Notes: generated by a model from the sequence alone, not told the origin. Counted from the stretch's first letter, positions 8,987 through 19,928 are shown. The stretch: DNA of 64,000 nucleotides from Acidimicrobiia bacterium (GCA_965216945.1 CBDCGU010000003.1:309319-373318), one strand, 5' to 3'. A program made the numbers and translations.

Positions 8987-10275
8987 GTCTCCCCCTCGTC
9001 ATCGCCGGCTTCAGCGGCGTCGTCCTCCGGATCGTAGGTGAAAACGATGTCGCCGATGCGCACGTCGTCACCGGGCGCAGCCCCCGCCGCGGCCAAGGCC
9101 TCGTCGACACCGAGCCGGCGGAGCCGCATCGCGACGAAGTCGGCTGCCTCGGGCACGGTCAGGTCGTCGAGATTCACCGCCCGGTCCGCCGCCTTGCCGG
9201 ACACGACCCACTCGCCACCGCGACGATTCACGGCAAAGCTGGGTGGGAGCGGACGGTGGAGGACGAAGCCCTCCCGATCGGGCGCCCGGCGCTCGGCGAG
9301 GTCGACGGCATCGGCAACCGCATACATCAGGCGGTCGATCCCCTCTCCCGTCACCCCGGAGATGAGGTGGACGGGGAAGCTCACACCCGCGGCCCACGCA
9401 TCGATCTCCGTGCGGTCACCGACGGCGTCGGCCTTGTTGACGGCCACCACACGCGGGCGAGCACCGAGCTCCGGAGAGTGGGCTTCGAGCTCTCCGATCA
9501 GGGTGGAGTACTGATCGACCGCCGAGTCCTCTTGGATCTCGGTCGGGTCGAGCAGCACCACGAGCACGCGGGCCCGCTCGGTGTGGCGGAGAAACTCGTG
9601 GCCGAGACCCTTGCCCTCGGCGGCCCCTTCGATCAGCCCGGGGATGTCGGCGAGCACGAAATGGCGCCCTTCGACGTCGACGACCCCGAGGTTGGGCTCG
9701 AGCGTCGTGAACGGGTAGTCCGCGATCTTCGGCTTGGCGGCGGAGACCCTCGAGATCAGAGTGCTCTTGCCGGCGTTGGGGTACCCGATCAGCGCCGCGT
9801 CGGCGATGAGCTTGAGCTCGAGTGTGATCCAGTGTCTCGACCCGTATTCACCCTGCTCGGCGAAGGTGGGGGCGCGACGGGCGGTGCTCACGAAGGCGGC
9901 GTTGCCCCTTCCGCCCTTACCGCCCTCGGCGACCGTGAGTCGCTGGCCGGGCTCGACCAGATCGGCGAGCAGCGTTCCTGCATCGTCGCGCACCAGCGTG
10001 CCCAGGGGAACACGAAGCAGCAGGTCCTCACCACGCGCTCCGTGGCGCAGTTCGCCCTCACCGTGCCTGCCCGCTGGCGCAGTCCAGTGCGGTTGTCGTG
10101 CATAGGTCAGCAGTGAAGCGACGTCGGGGTCCGCCACGACGACGATGTCACCGCCGCTGCCACCCGATCCTCCGTTGGGTTTGCCCTTGGGGCGCCCCTT
10201 CTGCCGCTTGAAGCTGGCGACTCCGGCGCCGCCGTCACCACCGCGTGCCTGGATACGAACGCGGTCGACGAACAT
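8983..10275 (-). CDS. obgE: GTPase ObgE/CgtA
   Basis: Gly-rich Obg domain, GYPNAGKST, DYPFTTL, DIPGLIEG, NKAD, C-terminal OCT domain. Confidence 0.98.
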   Translation of the reverse strand: MFVDRVRIQARGGDGGAGVASFKRQKGRPKGKPNGGSGGSGGDIVVVADPDVASLLTYARQPHWTAPAGRHGEGELRHGARGEDLLLRVPLGTLVRDDAGTLLADLVEPGQRLTVAEGGKGGRGNAAFVSTARRAPTFAEQGEYGSRHWITLELKLIADAALIGYPNAGKSTLISRVSAAKPKIADYPFTTLEPNLGVVDVEGRHFVLADIPGLIEGAAEGKGLGHEFLRHTERARVLVVLLDPTEIQEDSAVDQYSTLIGELEAHSPELGARPRVVAVNKADAVGDRTEIDAWAAGVSFPVHLISGVTGEGIDRLMYAVADAVDLAERRAPDREGFVLHRPLPPSFAVNRRGGEWVVSGKAADRAVNLDDLTVPEAADFVAMRLRRLGVDEALAAAGAAPGDDVRIGDIVFTYDPEDDAAEAGDDEGET

Positions 10276-10311
10276 TGCTCGGTCCGGAGGTCCGCAGGCC
10301 GCCGGTGATGA

Positions 10312-10563
10312 CTACTCCGCGACGACGTCGACGAGGCGGCGACCCCTGCGGGAGCCGAACTTGACGGTTCCCGGCACCTTGGCGAACAACGTGTCGTCGC
10401 TGCCCTTGCCCACGTTGGTTCCCGGATGGATCCGGGTGCCACGCTGACGGACCAGGATCGAGCCCGCGGTCACCTCTTGCCCGTCGAACACCTTGGGGCC
10501 GAGCCGCTTCGCTTTGGAGTCGCGGCCGTTCTTGCTCGAGCCGCTGGCCTTGGTCTTCGACAT
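10312..10563 (-). CDS. rpmA: 50S ribosomal protein L27
   Basis: [32 protein letters not shown]. Confidence 0.98.
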   Translation of the reverse strand: MSKTKASGSSKNGRDSKAKRLGPKVFDGQEVTAGSILVRQRGTRIHPGTNVGKGSDDTLFAKVPGTVKFGSRRGRRLVDVVAE

Positions 10564-10565
10564 GG

Positions 10566-10985
10566 TTATGCCTCCTCGTCGCTGCCATCGACCTCGGCGG
10601 CCGCCTCGGTCTCGGTCGGCTTGTCCGCAGCCGCCTTCTTGGCCGTCTTCTTGGGCTTCTTCGGCGCCTTTGCCTTGCCGGCGCTGATGTCGGTCACCTT
10701 GATCGTGGTATACGTCTGGCGATGCCCCTGGCGGCGGCGGTTACCCGACTTGTTCTTGTACTTGAACACGTCGACCTTGGGCCCACGGTGCTCACCCACC
10801 ACCTCGGCGGTCACGGTGGCTTTGCCGAGGGCGTCCCGATCGGCCACGACCGAACCGTCGTCGTTGACGACCAGGAGGGGCGTGAACGTCACCTTGTCGG
10901 CGTCGCTCTTGATCCGTTCGACGTCGATGACGTCACCCTCACGGACCTTCGCTTGCTTTCCGCCGGCGCGGATGATGGCGTACAT
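10566..10985 (-). CDS. rplU: 50S ribosomal protein L21
   Basis: [34 protein letters not shown]. Confidence 0.97.
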   Translation of the reverse strand: MYAIIRAGGKQAKVREGDVIDVERIKSDADKVTFTPLLVVNDDGSVVADRDALGKATVTAEVVGEHRGPKVDVFKYKNKSGNRRRQGHRQTYTTIKVTDISAGKAKAPKKPKKTAKKAAADKPTETEAAAEVDGSDEEA

Positions 10986-11126
10986 GGAATCCTCCGGAAT
11001 GGTGTGTCCCGCACGGCTCTCCATCGGCTGAGCAGTCCGGGGTCCCGGGGCGCGCACCAATGGTCGCCCACAGGAGCGGACATCATAGCGCTTGGTCAAC
11101 GGGCAACAAACAGGCGCGGTCCGCGG

Positions 11127-12707
11127 TTATGAGACCGGCTTGCCTTGGGTGGCTGCGTCTTCGTGCAGCAGAACGCCTCGGCCGCTGCAGTGGGGACAGA
11201 CCTCGGAGAACGACTCCAGCAACCCCGCCGACACGTTCTTGCGTGTCATCTCCACGAGACCGAGGTTCGAAACGTCGAACACCTGGGTGCGGGTCTTGTC
11301 CTTGGCCAGCTGCTGGCGCAGCTTGAGAAGCACCGCCTCGCGGTTCTTGGCGATCTCCATGTCGATGAAGTCGATGACGATGATGCCACCGATGTCGCGG
11401 AGCCGGAGTTGGCGGGCGATCTCCTCTGCCGCCTCCAGATTGTTCTGAAGCACCGTCTGCTCGAGGTTGCTGTGGCCGACGAAGCGTCCGGTGTTGACAT
11501 CGATCACCGTCAATGCCTCCGTGCGATCGACCACGATGTGCCCGCCGGACGGCAGCCACACCTTGCGGTCGAGCGCCTTGCGAAGCTGGTCCTCGACGTG
11601 GAATCGCTCGAACACGGGCAGCTCGTCCTCGTACAGCTTGACCTTCTCGGTCAGATCCGCCTCCGTGCCCTCGAGGTACTGGAGCACCTGCTCGTGGGTC
11701 TCCTCGTCGTCGATGAGGAGACGCCGGAAATCCTTCGTGAAATGCTCCCGGATGACGCGCAGGACAAGCGGCGGCTCGGAGTAGATGAGCGCCGGTGCCG
11801 GGGTGTCCTTCTTGCCGTCGATCTCTTCCCAGATCGCACGGAGCCTGTCGACGTCGGCCTTGAGATCCTCCCGGCTGGCGCCCTCGGCAGCGGTGCGAAC
11901 GATGACACCCATACCCTTGGGCCGGATGTCGGCGATGATCTCCCGCAGCCGGCGACGTTCGTCGTCCGGCAGACGACGTGATATGCCCCGCACATCTGCA
12001 TCGGGAGCGAGCACCAGGTAGCGACCGGCCAGGCTCACCTGATTGGTGAGGCGGGCCCCCTTCTTTCCCATGGCATCCTTGACGACCTGGACCAGCACGG
12101 AGTCTCCGGGCTTGAGAACCATCTCGATACGGGGCCGCTTCCCCTCGATGTCGGCATCCTCGTAGTTGACGTCTCCGGCGTACAGCACGCCGTTCTTGCC
12201 CTCGCCGAAGTCGACAAAGGCGGCTTCCATGCCGGGAAGCACGTTGCGCACCTTGCCGACGTACACGTTGCCGACGAGCGACCGCTGATCGGAGCGAGCG
12301 ACGTAGTGCTCCACGAGCACCGGGCCCTCGAGGACCACGATCTGGGTCTGGTGGGGGTTCGTCCGCACGAGCATCTGCTTGCGAGCGGTGTCAGGCGGCG
12401 CGACGACTTCGAGGTGGGGGCGATAGGCCTTGCGGCGATCGCCGCGCTGCTGTTGGGACCGGTTGGTGCGATTCCGATTGCGCTGGCTGGAACGCGAGCC
12501 TCCGCCACGCTGCTGCTGGCGGTTGTTCGACTTCTTCGTCTTGGCGGCCGACCGCTTCTGGGCCGGCTCCTTTTCTTCTCCGGCCGGTTCAGGCTCCCGG
12601 AACCGGCGGATCGTGACGGTTTCCTCGCCGACCTGGCGGACCTTCCGATCCTCGATCGCAGCGCCGCGCCGGACGACCCGAGCGGACTTTCTGCGGAACA
12701 GTGGCAT
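11127..12707 (-). CDS. rne: Ribonuclease E/G
   Basis: S1 domain GNVYVGKVRNVLPGMEAAFVD, DVNTG, LRDIGGIIVIDFIDM, CPHC zinc link; Arg-rich N-terminal extension. Confidence 0.96.
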   Translation of the reverse strand: MPLFRRKSARVVRRGAAIEDRKVRQVGEETVTIRRFREPEPAGEEKEPAQKRSAAKTKKSNNRQQQRGGGSRSSQRNRNRTNRSQQQRGDRRKAYRPHLEVVAPPDTARKQMLVRTNPHQTQIVVLEGPVLVEHYVARSDQRSLVGNVYVGKVRNVLPGMEAAFVDFGEGKNGVLYAGDVNYEDADIEGKRPRIEMVLKPGDSVLVQVVKDAMGKKGARLTNQVSLAGRYLVLAPDADVRGISRRLPDDERRRLREIIADIRPKGMGVIVRTAAEGASREDLKADVDRLRAIWEEIDGKKDTPAPALIYSEPPLVLRVIREHFTKDFRRLLIDDEETHEQVLQYLEGTEADLTEKVKLYEDELPVFERFHVEDQLRKALDRKVWLPSGGHIVVDRTEALTVIDVNTGRFVGHSNLEQTVLQNNLEAAEEIARQLRLRDIGGIIVIDFIDMEIAKNREAVLLKLRQQLAKDKTRTQVFDVSNLGLVEMTRKNVSAGLLESFSEVCPHCSGRGVLLHEDAATQGKPVS

Positions 12708-13038
12708 GCAAATTCTCCTTCATTGGCTGTGTCACACAGCGCATCGATGAACCGGGCTGCGGCGATCGCAACGCCCAAGAGGGGGCGGAGGCCTCAGCCA
12801 CCATGTTGGAGCGAGGCGAGGAACCGTCGGCGACACCGCCGCCATCGATGGCGGCGAGCAAGAGCAATGGCAGAGATGAAGTGCCCGGCATCGTATCCCC
12901 GAAGGAGCGAACTCACAGCGGCCGCGTTGCGGCCCGGCGAGCAGGAGAGTAGCACGCGAAAACCCCAACTCCGTTCCGGTGGCACAGGCTGCCGCGTGCT
13001 CGATCTGCGCACCGGCCTCACTGCTACGCTCCGCGTTG

Positions 13039-13620
13039 ATGTTGCGCCGACCGGAACAGGGCTGGGTCGAGGTCATCAGCGGACCGATGTTCTCGGGCAA
13101 GAGTGAAGAGCTCATCCGAAGGATCACCCGCTATCACCTGGCCCGCGTGCCGACCCAGACCTTCAAACCCGCACTCGACGACCGCTACTCCTCGACCGAG
13201 GTCGTGTCGCACTCCCAGATGTCGACGGAGGCGCAACCCGTCGCGGATTCTCTGGAGCTGCTGAGGTCTGTCGAAGACCGCACCGTCGTGGTGGGTATCG
13301 ATGAAGGGCAGTTCTTCGACGAGGGACTGCTCGACGTTGTGATGTCTCTGGCGGCCGCCGGCAAGAGGGTGATCATCGCCGGGCTCGACCTCGACTACCT
13401 GGGCCGCCCGTTCGAGCCGATCCCCTCGCTCATGCTCCGCGCCGAGTACGTGACCAAGTCGCTGGCGGTCTGTCACAAGTGCGGTGGTCCCGGCCTCTAC
13501 ACACAGCGCGTCGTCGAGTCGGACGAGCTCGTCGTCCTCGGTGCTGCCGGCGCCTACGAGGCCCGGTGCCGCCGCTGCTACGACCCCGACGAGGCCAAGC
13601 AGGAGACACTCGACGTATAG
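13039..13620 (+). CDS. tdk: Thymidine kinase
   Basis: GPMFSGKSEELIR, IDEGQFF, AGLDLDY, CHKC...YEARCRRC. Confidence 0.96.
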   Translation: MLRRPEQGWVEVISGPMFSGKSEELIRRITRYHLARVPTQTFKPALDDRYSSTEVVSHSQMSTEAQPVADSLELLRSVEDRTVVVGIDEGQFFDEGLLDVVMSLAAAGKRVIIAGLDLDYLGRPFEPIPSLMLRAEYVTKSLAVCHKCGGPGLYTQRVVESDELVVLGAAGAYEARCRRCYDPDEAKQETLDV

Positions 13621-13645
13621 AAACGTCCAAAGAACGTTCCCGGGC

Positions 13646-14827
13646 TCACCCGCCCAGGATCTTGCGTTCGCCGGGGACGGGCGATCGGCGCATCCAGACC
13701 GAGTGACCGAGGCCGAGTGCGATGCTCGTGGCGATGAAGGCCGAACCACCGTTCGAGAGGAACGGGAGGGGCAGTCCCGTCACCGGCATGATCTGCAGCG
13801 TCATGCCGACATTCACGAAGACGTGGAAGATGATGAGCGCCGCGACCCCTACGGCGACGAGCTGCGAGAACCGGTCGCGGCCGTTGGCGGCAGCGACGAG
13901 CAGACGCCAGACCATGACGGAGTAGAGAGCCAGTACGAGCGTGGCGCCGACGAAGCCCAGCTGCTCCCCCACTGCCGTGAAGATGAAGTCGGTCGCCTGC
14001 TCGGGCACGAAGTTGAGGTTCGTCTGCGTGCCTTGGAACAGACCCTTGCCGAAGAATCCACCGGATCCGATGGCGATCTTGCTCTGCAACTGGTTGTAGA
14101 GCGCCGTCTGCGCCAGGTCCGCCGTCGGATCCAGGAACGCAACGAGGCGGGTGATCTGATACGTCTTCAACGCATTCACCTGGAACAGCCCCACCGAACC
14201 CACGACTGCCGCCAGGAGTAAGAACGTGAGCTGGCGCCACGTCGTGCCCGCCACGAAGAGCATGATGGCCGCGATGAACGTCAGCACCAGCATCGTCCCC
14301 AAGTCCGGCTGGAGGAAGATGAGCAACGCCGGCAGGCCCACGATCGCCCCGGCACGGACGAGGTGGAACCACTTCAGCGACGCCCCGACCGCGGTAGCCA
14401 GTAGTGCGGCCAGGGCAAGGATGATGGCCACCTTGGCGAATTCCGATGGCTGCAATTGGAAGGGGCCGATGGCGATCCACCGGTTGGCCCCCTTGCGTGC
14501 ATCGCCCAGCGGCGTGAGCACGAGCAGCAGCGCCAGCACGGAACCGATGTAGGCGGGCGGCGTCAACAGCCTCAGGCTGCGGTTGTCGATCAGAGAAGCG
14601 ATCACGAAACCGACCATTCCGATGAGCACGAAGATGACGTGGCGACGCATCGTCGTGGCGGGATCGAGCCCTTCGGCCTCCAGCCCGGGCGCCGAAGCCG
14701 TGTAGACCATCAGGATGCCAACGACGGACAAGGCGAGGAACGACAGCACGAGGAACAGATCGGGTCGCAGCGACCGCTCACGCTGCAGGACACTCGGCTC
14801 CTTGGCAGGGCGGGCCACGACTGCCAT
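13646..14827 (-). CDS. rodA: Rod shape-determining protein RodA (SEDS glycosyltransferase)
   Basis: QPSEFAK, QPDLGT, IGSGG, PEQATDFIF, GLPLPFLS. Confidence 0.96.
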   Translation of the reverse strand: MAVVARPAKEPSVLQRERSLRPDLFLVLSFLALSVVGILMVYTASAPGLEAEGLDPATTMRRHVIFVLIGMVGFVIASLIDNRSLRLLTPPAYIGSVLALLLVLTPLGDARKGANRWIAIGPFQLQPSEFAKVAIILALAALLATAVGASLKWFHLVRAGAIVGLPALLIFLQPDLGTMLVLTFIAAIMLFVAGTTWRQLTFLLLAAVVGSVGLFQVNALKTYQITRLVAFLDPTADLAQTALYNQLQSKIAIGSGGFFGKGLFQGTQTNLNFVPEQATDFIFTAVGEQLGFVGATLVLALYSVMVWRLLVAAANGRDRFSQLVAVGVAALIIFHVFVNVGMTLQIMPVTGLPLPFLSNGGSAFIATSIALGLGHSVWMRRSPVPGERKILGG

Positions 14828-16791
14828 CAGTCGGCCTCCTCGCCGGCGACGATCTCGGTCATCCCGGCCTCACCGTTGGCGAGGAACTGGAGCACTCGTC
14901 TGGCCGTCGGGGCGGCGATCCGCCCACCGCTGCCGCCACGCTCGATCAGCGTGACAACGACGTACTCGGGGCTCGTGATGGGGGTGACGCCGACGAAGAT
15001 GGCGGTGTCGACGTCCTCATCGGCCGTCTCGCCCTTGATGATCTCGGCCGTACCCGTCTTGCCGCCCACTTGCTCGACGCCCTCTCCGAAGTCGACGAAG
15101 GCGGATCGCGCAGTGCCTCGTGGCCCGTTCACCACCTGCTGCAAGTCACGGCGGAAGAACGCCATGGTTTGTGGCGCCAGCTCCGTCTCGCGGATGACGA
15201 CCGGCTCGTTGTCCCGGATCACTTCCCCGTCCTGGTCGACGATGCGGTTGACGACCCGGGGTTGATACAGCGTGCCGCCGTTGACGATCGCGGCGTAGGC
15301 GTTGGCCAGTTGAAGCGGCGTCGCCAGGACCGAACCCTGGCCGATCACGGCATTCATGACGTCGCCACCCGTCCACGGACCGTCACGCACCAGGCCGGGG
15401 GATTCCTTCTGTGCTCGCTCGAACCAGGCTCGGTCCGGTATCAACCCCTCCTGCTCGAACGGGAGGTCGATGCCCGTCTCCTCGTCGAAACCGAAGCGAC
15501 GCGCCCATTCCTGGAGGAGATTCTCATTGCCATCGGGGTCGTCACGCGTGCTCCAGATCGACAGTGCCACCTCCCAGAAGTACAAGTCGCACGAGGTGTG
15601 GAGCCCACTGTGGAGGTCGATCGCACCGTGCCCTTCCGCCAGCCAATCGTTGAACACCTGCTGGCTACCGTCGGTGAAGGGGAACTCCAGCTGACCGTCG
15701 CAGAAGTACGCGCCCTCGGTACTCTGCGCCGAGGCGTCTCGGGGGAAGATGTCCTCCTCGACGGCCAGCACGTAGGCGATCGCCTTGAACGCCGAGGCGG
15801 GTGCGTAGTTGCCCTGAATGGCGAAGTTGTTGAACACGGCGAGCGACGAGAGACGGTCCCACTCCTCCTGGGAGACACCGTCCACGAAGATGTTCGGGTC
15901 ATATCCGGGGACCGATGCCATCGCCACGACGGCACCGTCCCTGGGATCGAGCACCACGCCCACGGCTCGCACCGGGCAGGCCGGGTCGGACGTGGGGTCA
16001 CACTCCGGATCACCGTACGTCATACGAGCCAGATCGAGGCCCTGGAGGAGAGACTCTTCGAGCACTCGCTGCACGTCGACATCGATGGTGAGCTCGAGGT
16101 TGTGGCCCGGTTGGGGGGCGTCCTCCCCGAAGACCTCCAGCACGTCACGTTGGGCGTCGACGCGATACTTGATCTGCCCGGCCGTGCCGCGCAGATCGTC
16201 GTCGTATTGCCTCTCCACGCCGGCGCGACCCACGGTGTCGGTCGGACCGATGTCGGGCTTCTGGATGTCGGTCTCGTTGGGGTCGCCGATGTAGCCGATG
16301 ATGTCGGCCGCCAGCTCCCCCTCCGGGTAGACGCGCACAGGCTGGGGCTCCACGGAGACCCCGGTGAAGTCTTCGGCGTATTCGACCAACGTCAGCACCT
16401 GCTCGTCCGTGAGGGTGGGAACCAACGTGATGCGGTCGCCGCGGGCGCGGGCGTCGTCGACCGCAGCACGCACCTGATCCACAGGAAGTGTCGCCAGCGC
16501 CGACAGCCGCTGCAGGAGCGCCTCCATCTCCGGGTCGTCCGAGTCGGGCACCAGCCCCCCATCGACCACTGCGGACAGCGCCGGCACGGTGCCCGCAAGC
16601 AGCCGTCCCTTGGCGTCCCGGATCTCGCCGCGGGGGGCCGGCGTGTCGACGACCTTGACCCGGTTGTTCTCGGCAGCGACGGCCAGCTCGCCTGCGTCCA
16701 CCACCTGAACCTTCCAGAGGGCGATCGTCAGGGCCGCAAAGAGGCCGACGAAGATCACGCCGAGTACGCCGATGCGAACATTGATGCTCAT
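14827..16791 (-). CDS. mrdA: Penicillin-binding protein 2
   Basis: APRGEIRD, SAFK (SxxK), SCD, KTGTAE. Confidence 0.95.
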   Translation of the reverse strand: MSINVRIGVLGVIFVGLFAALTIALWKVQVVDAGELAVAAENNRVKVVDTPAPRGEIRDAKGRLLAGTVPALSAVVDGGLVPDSDDPEMEALLQRLSALATLPVDQVRAAVDDARARGDRITLVPTLTDEQVLTLVEYAEDFTGVSVEPQPVRVYPEGELAADIIGYIGDPNETDIQKPDIGPTDTVGRAGVERQYDDDLRGTAGQIKYRVDAQRDVLEVFGEDAPQPGHNLELTIDVDVQRVLEESLLQGLDLARMTYGDPECDPTSDPACPVRAVGVVLDPRDGAVVAMASVPGYDPNIFVDGVSQEEWDRLSSLAVFNNFAIQGNYAPASAFKAIAYVLAVEEDIFPRDASAQSTEGAYFCDGQLEFPFTDGSQQVFNDWLAEGHGAIDLHSGLHTSCDLYFWEVALSIWSTRDDPDGNENLLQEWARRFGFDEETGIDLPFEQEGLIPDRAWFERAQKESPGLVRDGPWTGGDVMNAVIGQGSVLATPLQLANAYAAIVNGGTLYQPRVVNRIVDQDGEVIRDNEPVVIRETELAPQTMAFFRRDLQQVVNGPRGTARSAFVDFGEGVEQVGGKTGTAEIIKGETADEDVDTAIFVGVTPITSPEYVVVTLIERGGSGGRIAAPTARRVLQFLANGEAGMTEIVAGEEAD

Positions 16792-17300
16792 CGCAGCCAG
16801 GTCCCTACGGTTCGCTCACGGAGCGCCCAAGTGACGAGGGGTATGACGGCCGCCCCGACGATGGCCGTGTAGACGGCCGTGAGAACGATGTGCTTCACGA
16901 TCCCCCCGGTTGCCAGGAGTCGCTGTCCGAACAGCGTACTTGCCATGAGGAACAAGGCCTGGCCCAGTGCGGCCATCCCCATCACACCGATGGCAACGAC
17001 GACGATGCCATCGTCGGCCCGAGCCCGCAGCCGCAGTGTCAGGTATGCGACCACGAGATGGACCATCGCCCACAACCCCAGCGGGGAGCCGCCGAGCAGG
17101 TCGAGAAACAGCCCGCCCGTGAAGCCAAGCAGCAACGCCGGTTCGGGTTCGAGGTACCGAACGCACGCCATCACGGTCACGAGCACGAGCATGGGTGCCG
17201 CACCGAGCGGCTGGATCCGTCCGTCGCCGAACAACGTCGTTTGGACGATGACGGCGACGACGACCAGACCGAGGGACAGCGCGACGGGACGGGAGTTCAT
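16788..17300 (-). CDS. mreD: Rod shape-determining protein MreD
   Basis: Multi-TM protein with GFTGGLFLDLL..PLG, between mreC and mrdA. Confidence 0.88.
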   Translation of the reverse strand: MNSRPVALSLGLVVVAVIVQTTLFGDGRIQPLGAAPMLVLVTVMACVRYLEPEPALLLGFTGGLFLDLLGGSPLGLWAMVHLVVAYLTLRLRARADDGIVVVAIGVMGMAALGQALFLMASTLFGQRLLATGGIVKHIVLTAVYTAIVGAAVIPLVTWALRERTVGTWLR

Positions 17301-18187
17301 TCCTCGGTCACCAGACGGCCGCCGGTGTCCTCCTCCGTCTCCTCACCATCCGTCGACACGTCGAGAGGCGACCACCCGACGATCACCTTCACGAAGTCCA
17401 GCTCCGATGTGCGGATAGCCAGATCAACGGTGGTGATGAGCGCAAATCCAGCCTCCGCCTCGGCCGATTCGACCACGGTCCCGACCGGCAGGCCGGGCGG
17501 GAAGCGGGTGCCATCGGTGACAAGGCGGTCACCCTCTGTCACCGGCTTCACCGCATTGAACATCTTGAGCTGGGGATACTCGTCCTGGCCGCGCCCCTCG
17601 ACCCATCCCGTCTCGTTGGTCGCCAGGTCACGCACGCCGACGCCGAGCCGGGGATCGGTGAGCAGCCGGACACGGGCAGATCCGGCTGCCACGAAATCGA
17701 CGCGGCCCACGAGGCCGTCCTCGTCGAGTACGGCCTGACCGATGGCGATGCCTTGGTCGCTGCCCTTGTCGATCCACCGGATCTGATCGAAACCGGTCGG
17801 GCTCGACGATGTGATGCGTGCGGTGATGGTGGCCAGCTCGCCGGGCGGCTCGAGATCGTTGATCTGCTGCAGCTCTGCCAGCTGGTTCTCGAGGGTCGCC
17901 ACGTCGAGGAGCTGGTTGCGCAGCTCGGCGTTCTCTCGCCGGAGGCGATCGACTTCGTCACGCAAGCCGGCGATGTCGGACACGCCGTCGATGAAGCCGG
18001 CAACCGGCCGGGCGACGGCGGTCGCCAGCCGCTGCACGGGCGAGAACAGGGTTTGGGCTCCTTCCCGCATCGAACCACCGACACCCGTGCCCTCGGCACG
18101 CACGTCGAACGTCGCCAGCAGGAACGACAGCACGAGCAGCGACAGGAACAGCGCTGTCGATCGATCAAATCGACGGAAAGAGAACAT
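17297..18187 (-). CDS. mreC: Rod shape-determining protein MreC
   Basis: TM plus coiled coil, IDKGSDQGI, GLVGRV, FPPGLPVGTV. Confidence 0.93.
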   Translation of the reverse strand: MFSFRRFDRSTALFLSLLVLSFLLATFDVRAEGTGVGGSMREGAQTLFSPVQRLATAVARPVAGFIDGVSDIAGLRDEVDRLRRENAELRNQLLDVATLENQLAELQQINDLEPPGELATITARITSSSPTGFDQIRWIDKGSDQGIAIGQAVLDEDGLVGRVDFVAAGSARVRLLTDPRLGVGVRDLATNETGWVEGRGQDEYPQLKMFNAVKPVTEGDRLVTDGTRFPPGLPVGTVVESAEAEAGFALITTVDLAIRTSELDFVKVIVGWSPLDVSTDGEETEEDTGGRLVTEE

Positions 18188-18316
18188 CAGCCTGCGAGTG
18201 GTCGGAAACCAGGGACGGTGGCGCCGCTACTCCGGCGAGTGCGGCGGCCGGCCCGAAGGGTAGTCGGCACCGGGCGTATGGATGCTTGGCGCCGGGCCAA
18301 ACAGGATCGACAGGTA

Positions 18317-19351
18317 TCAGGCCCGCCCGCTCGACGAAAGCACCACATGGAGGACGTCGAACTCCTCGAGGCACGCCCCGGACCCCAACACGACGGACTG
18401 CAGCGGGCGCTCGGCCGTGACGATCGGCATGCCCGTCTCGTTCGCAAGCCGCATGTCGAGCCCACGCAGCAGAGCGCCTCCACCGGTGAGCACGATACCG
18501 CTCTCCATGATGTCGGCTGCCAGCTCGGGCGGAGTCTTGTCGAGCGTGTACTTCACGGCATCGACAACGGCCTGCACGGGCTCCTCGATCGCCTCTCGGA
18601 TCTCGGGGCTGGAGAGAACCACGGTCTTGGGCAGGCCCGTCACCAGGTCGCGGCCACGAACCTCGGCGGCAGGCTCCTCGGCGTACGGCCACGCCGAGCC
18701 GATGGCCATCTTCACCTGCTCGGCGGTCCGCTCGCCGAGCATGAGGTTGTATTCCTTCTTCACCCAGGCGATGATCGACTCGTCGAGCTCGTCACCACCG
18801 ATACGAATGCTGCGGGAGACGACGATGCCTCCCAGCGAGATGACGGCCACCTCGGTGGTGCCACCACCTATGTCCACGACCATCGATCCGGCCGGCTCGT
18901 GCACCGGGAGGCCGACACCGATGGCCGCGGCCATGGGCTCCTCGATCGTGTAGGCACGGCGGGCCCCGGCGTGATAGGCGGCTTCCTCGACGGCGCGACG
19001 CTCGACGGCGGTGATGCCGGACGGTACGCAGATCACGATGCGCGGCCTGGCGGCAAAGCGGCGGTTGTGCACCTTGTCGATGAAGTACCGCAGCATCTTC
19101 TCCGTGATGTCGAAATCGGCGATGACACCGTTGCGCAACGGCCGGATGGCCTGGATGTACGACGGAGTGCGTCCGATCATCCGCTTGGCTTCCATCCCCA
19201 CCTCGAGCGGCCGACTGTCCCGCGTGTTGATCGCAACGACGGATGGCTCGTTGAGCACGATGCCCAGCCCGCGCACGAAGACGAGCGTGTTGGCGGTGCC
19301 GAGGTCGATGGCCATGTCGCGGCCCGCCACGGAGAAGATGGAGTTGAGCAC
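18317..19351 (-). CDS. mreB: Actin-like protein MreB
   Basis: [32 protein letters not shown]. Confidence 0.98.
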   Translation of the reverse strand: MLNSIFSVAGRDMAIDLGTANTLVFVRGLGIVLNEPSVVAINTRDSRPLEVGMEAKRMIGRTPSYIQAIRPLRNGVIADFDITEKMLRYFIDKVHNRRFAARPRIVICVPSGITAVERRAVEEAAYHAGARRAYTIEEPMAAAIGVGLPVHEPAGSMVVDIGGGTTEVAVISLGGIVVSRSIRIGGDELDESIIAWVKKEYNLMLGERTAEQVKMAIGSAWPYAEEPAAEVRGRDLVTGLPKTVVLSSPEIREAIEEPVQAVVDAVKYTLDKTPPELAADIMESGIVLTGGGALLRGLDMRLANETGMPIVTAERPLQSVVLGSGACLEEFDVLHVVLSSSGRA

Positions 19352-19421
19352 AAAGCCACCCGGGGTTGTGGACGCCGATCAGTCTACAGATAGCGCCGCC
19401 GAGCGAAAGCGCGGGTTGGCT

Positions 19422-19442
19422 TCGCCAACCCGTCCGCAGATC
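19422..19442 (-). terminator. Probable hairpin terminator after ndk
   Basis: cgggttggc-ttc-gccaacccg inverted repeat in the ndk-mreB spacer. Confidence 0.45.
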
Positions 19443-19499
19443 CGGAAGCCGAATCTGCTGCTCAGGATGGTCGACGGCTCACCCGCATGTGGGGGGTGA

Positions 19500-19928
19500 T
19501 CAATCTCGCCCGAGGCCCGCCTCGGGCGAGAAGAAGATGCTCAGTTCGCGTTCGGCGCTTTCGGGGCCGTCGGAGCCGTGGACGATGTTCTCGGTGATGA
19601 TGGCGCCGTAGTCGCCACGAATCGTGCCAGGGGCGGCGTCCGCGGGGTTCGTTGCGCCCATCAGGGCGCGGGCGGCGCCGATGGCGCCTTCGCCGGACCA
19701 TTCCATGGCCACAACCGGACCGCTGGTGATGAACTCGAGCAAGTCGGGGAAGAAGCCCTTGTCGACGTGCTCGGCATAGTGGCGATGGGCCAGAGCCTCA
19801 TCGATGCTCAGCATGCGCATCTTCTCGAGGGTGAACCCCTTGCGCTCGAACCGGCCGATGACCTCGCCAACGAGTCCGCGGCGGACGCCGTCCGGCTTGA
19901 TCATGAGAAAGGTGCGCTCCACAGCCAT
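19500..19928 (-). CDS. ndk: Nucleoside diphosphate kinase
   Basis: TFLMIKPDGV, PGTIRGD, NIVHGSD. Confidence 0.98.
   Translation of the reverse strand: MAVERTFLMIKPDGVRRGLVGEVIGRFERKGFTLEKMRMLSIDEALAHRHYAEHVDKGFFPDLLEFITSGPVVAMEWSGEGAIGAARALMGATNPADAAPGTIRGDYGAIITENIVHGSDGPESAERELSIFFSPEAGLGRD

Noticed and set aside
13039-13620. tdk in inverted orientation within the minus-strand backbone
   Set aside because: Single housekeeping gene with no mobility signature
13646-19351. Complete mreBCD-mrdA-rodA elongasome in an actinobacterium
   Set aside because: Known in Streptomyces and deep-branching Actinomycetota; not novel
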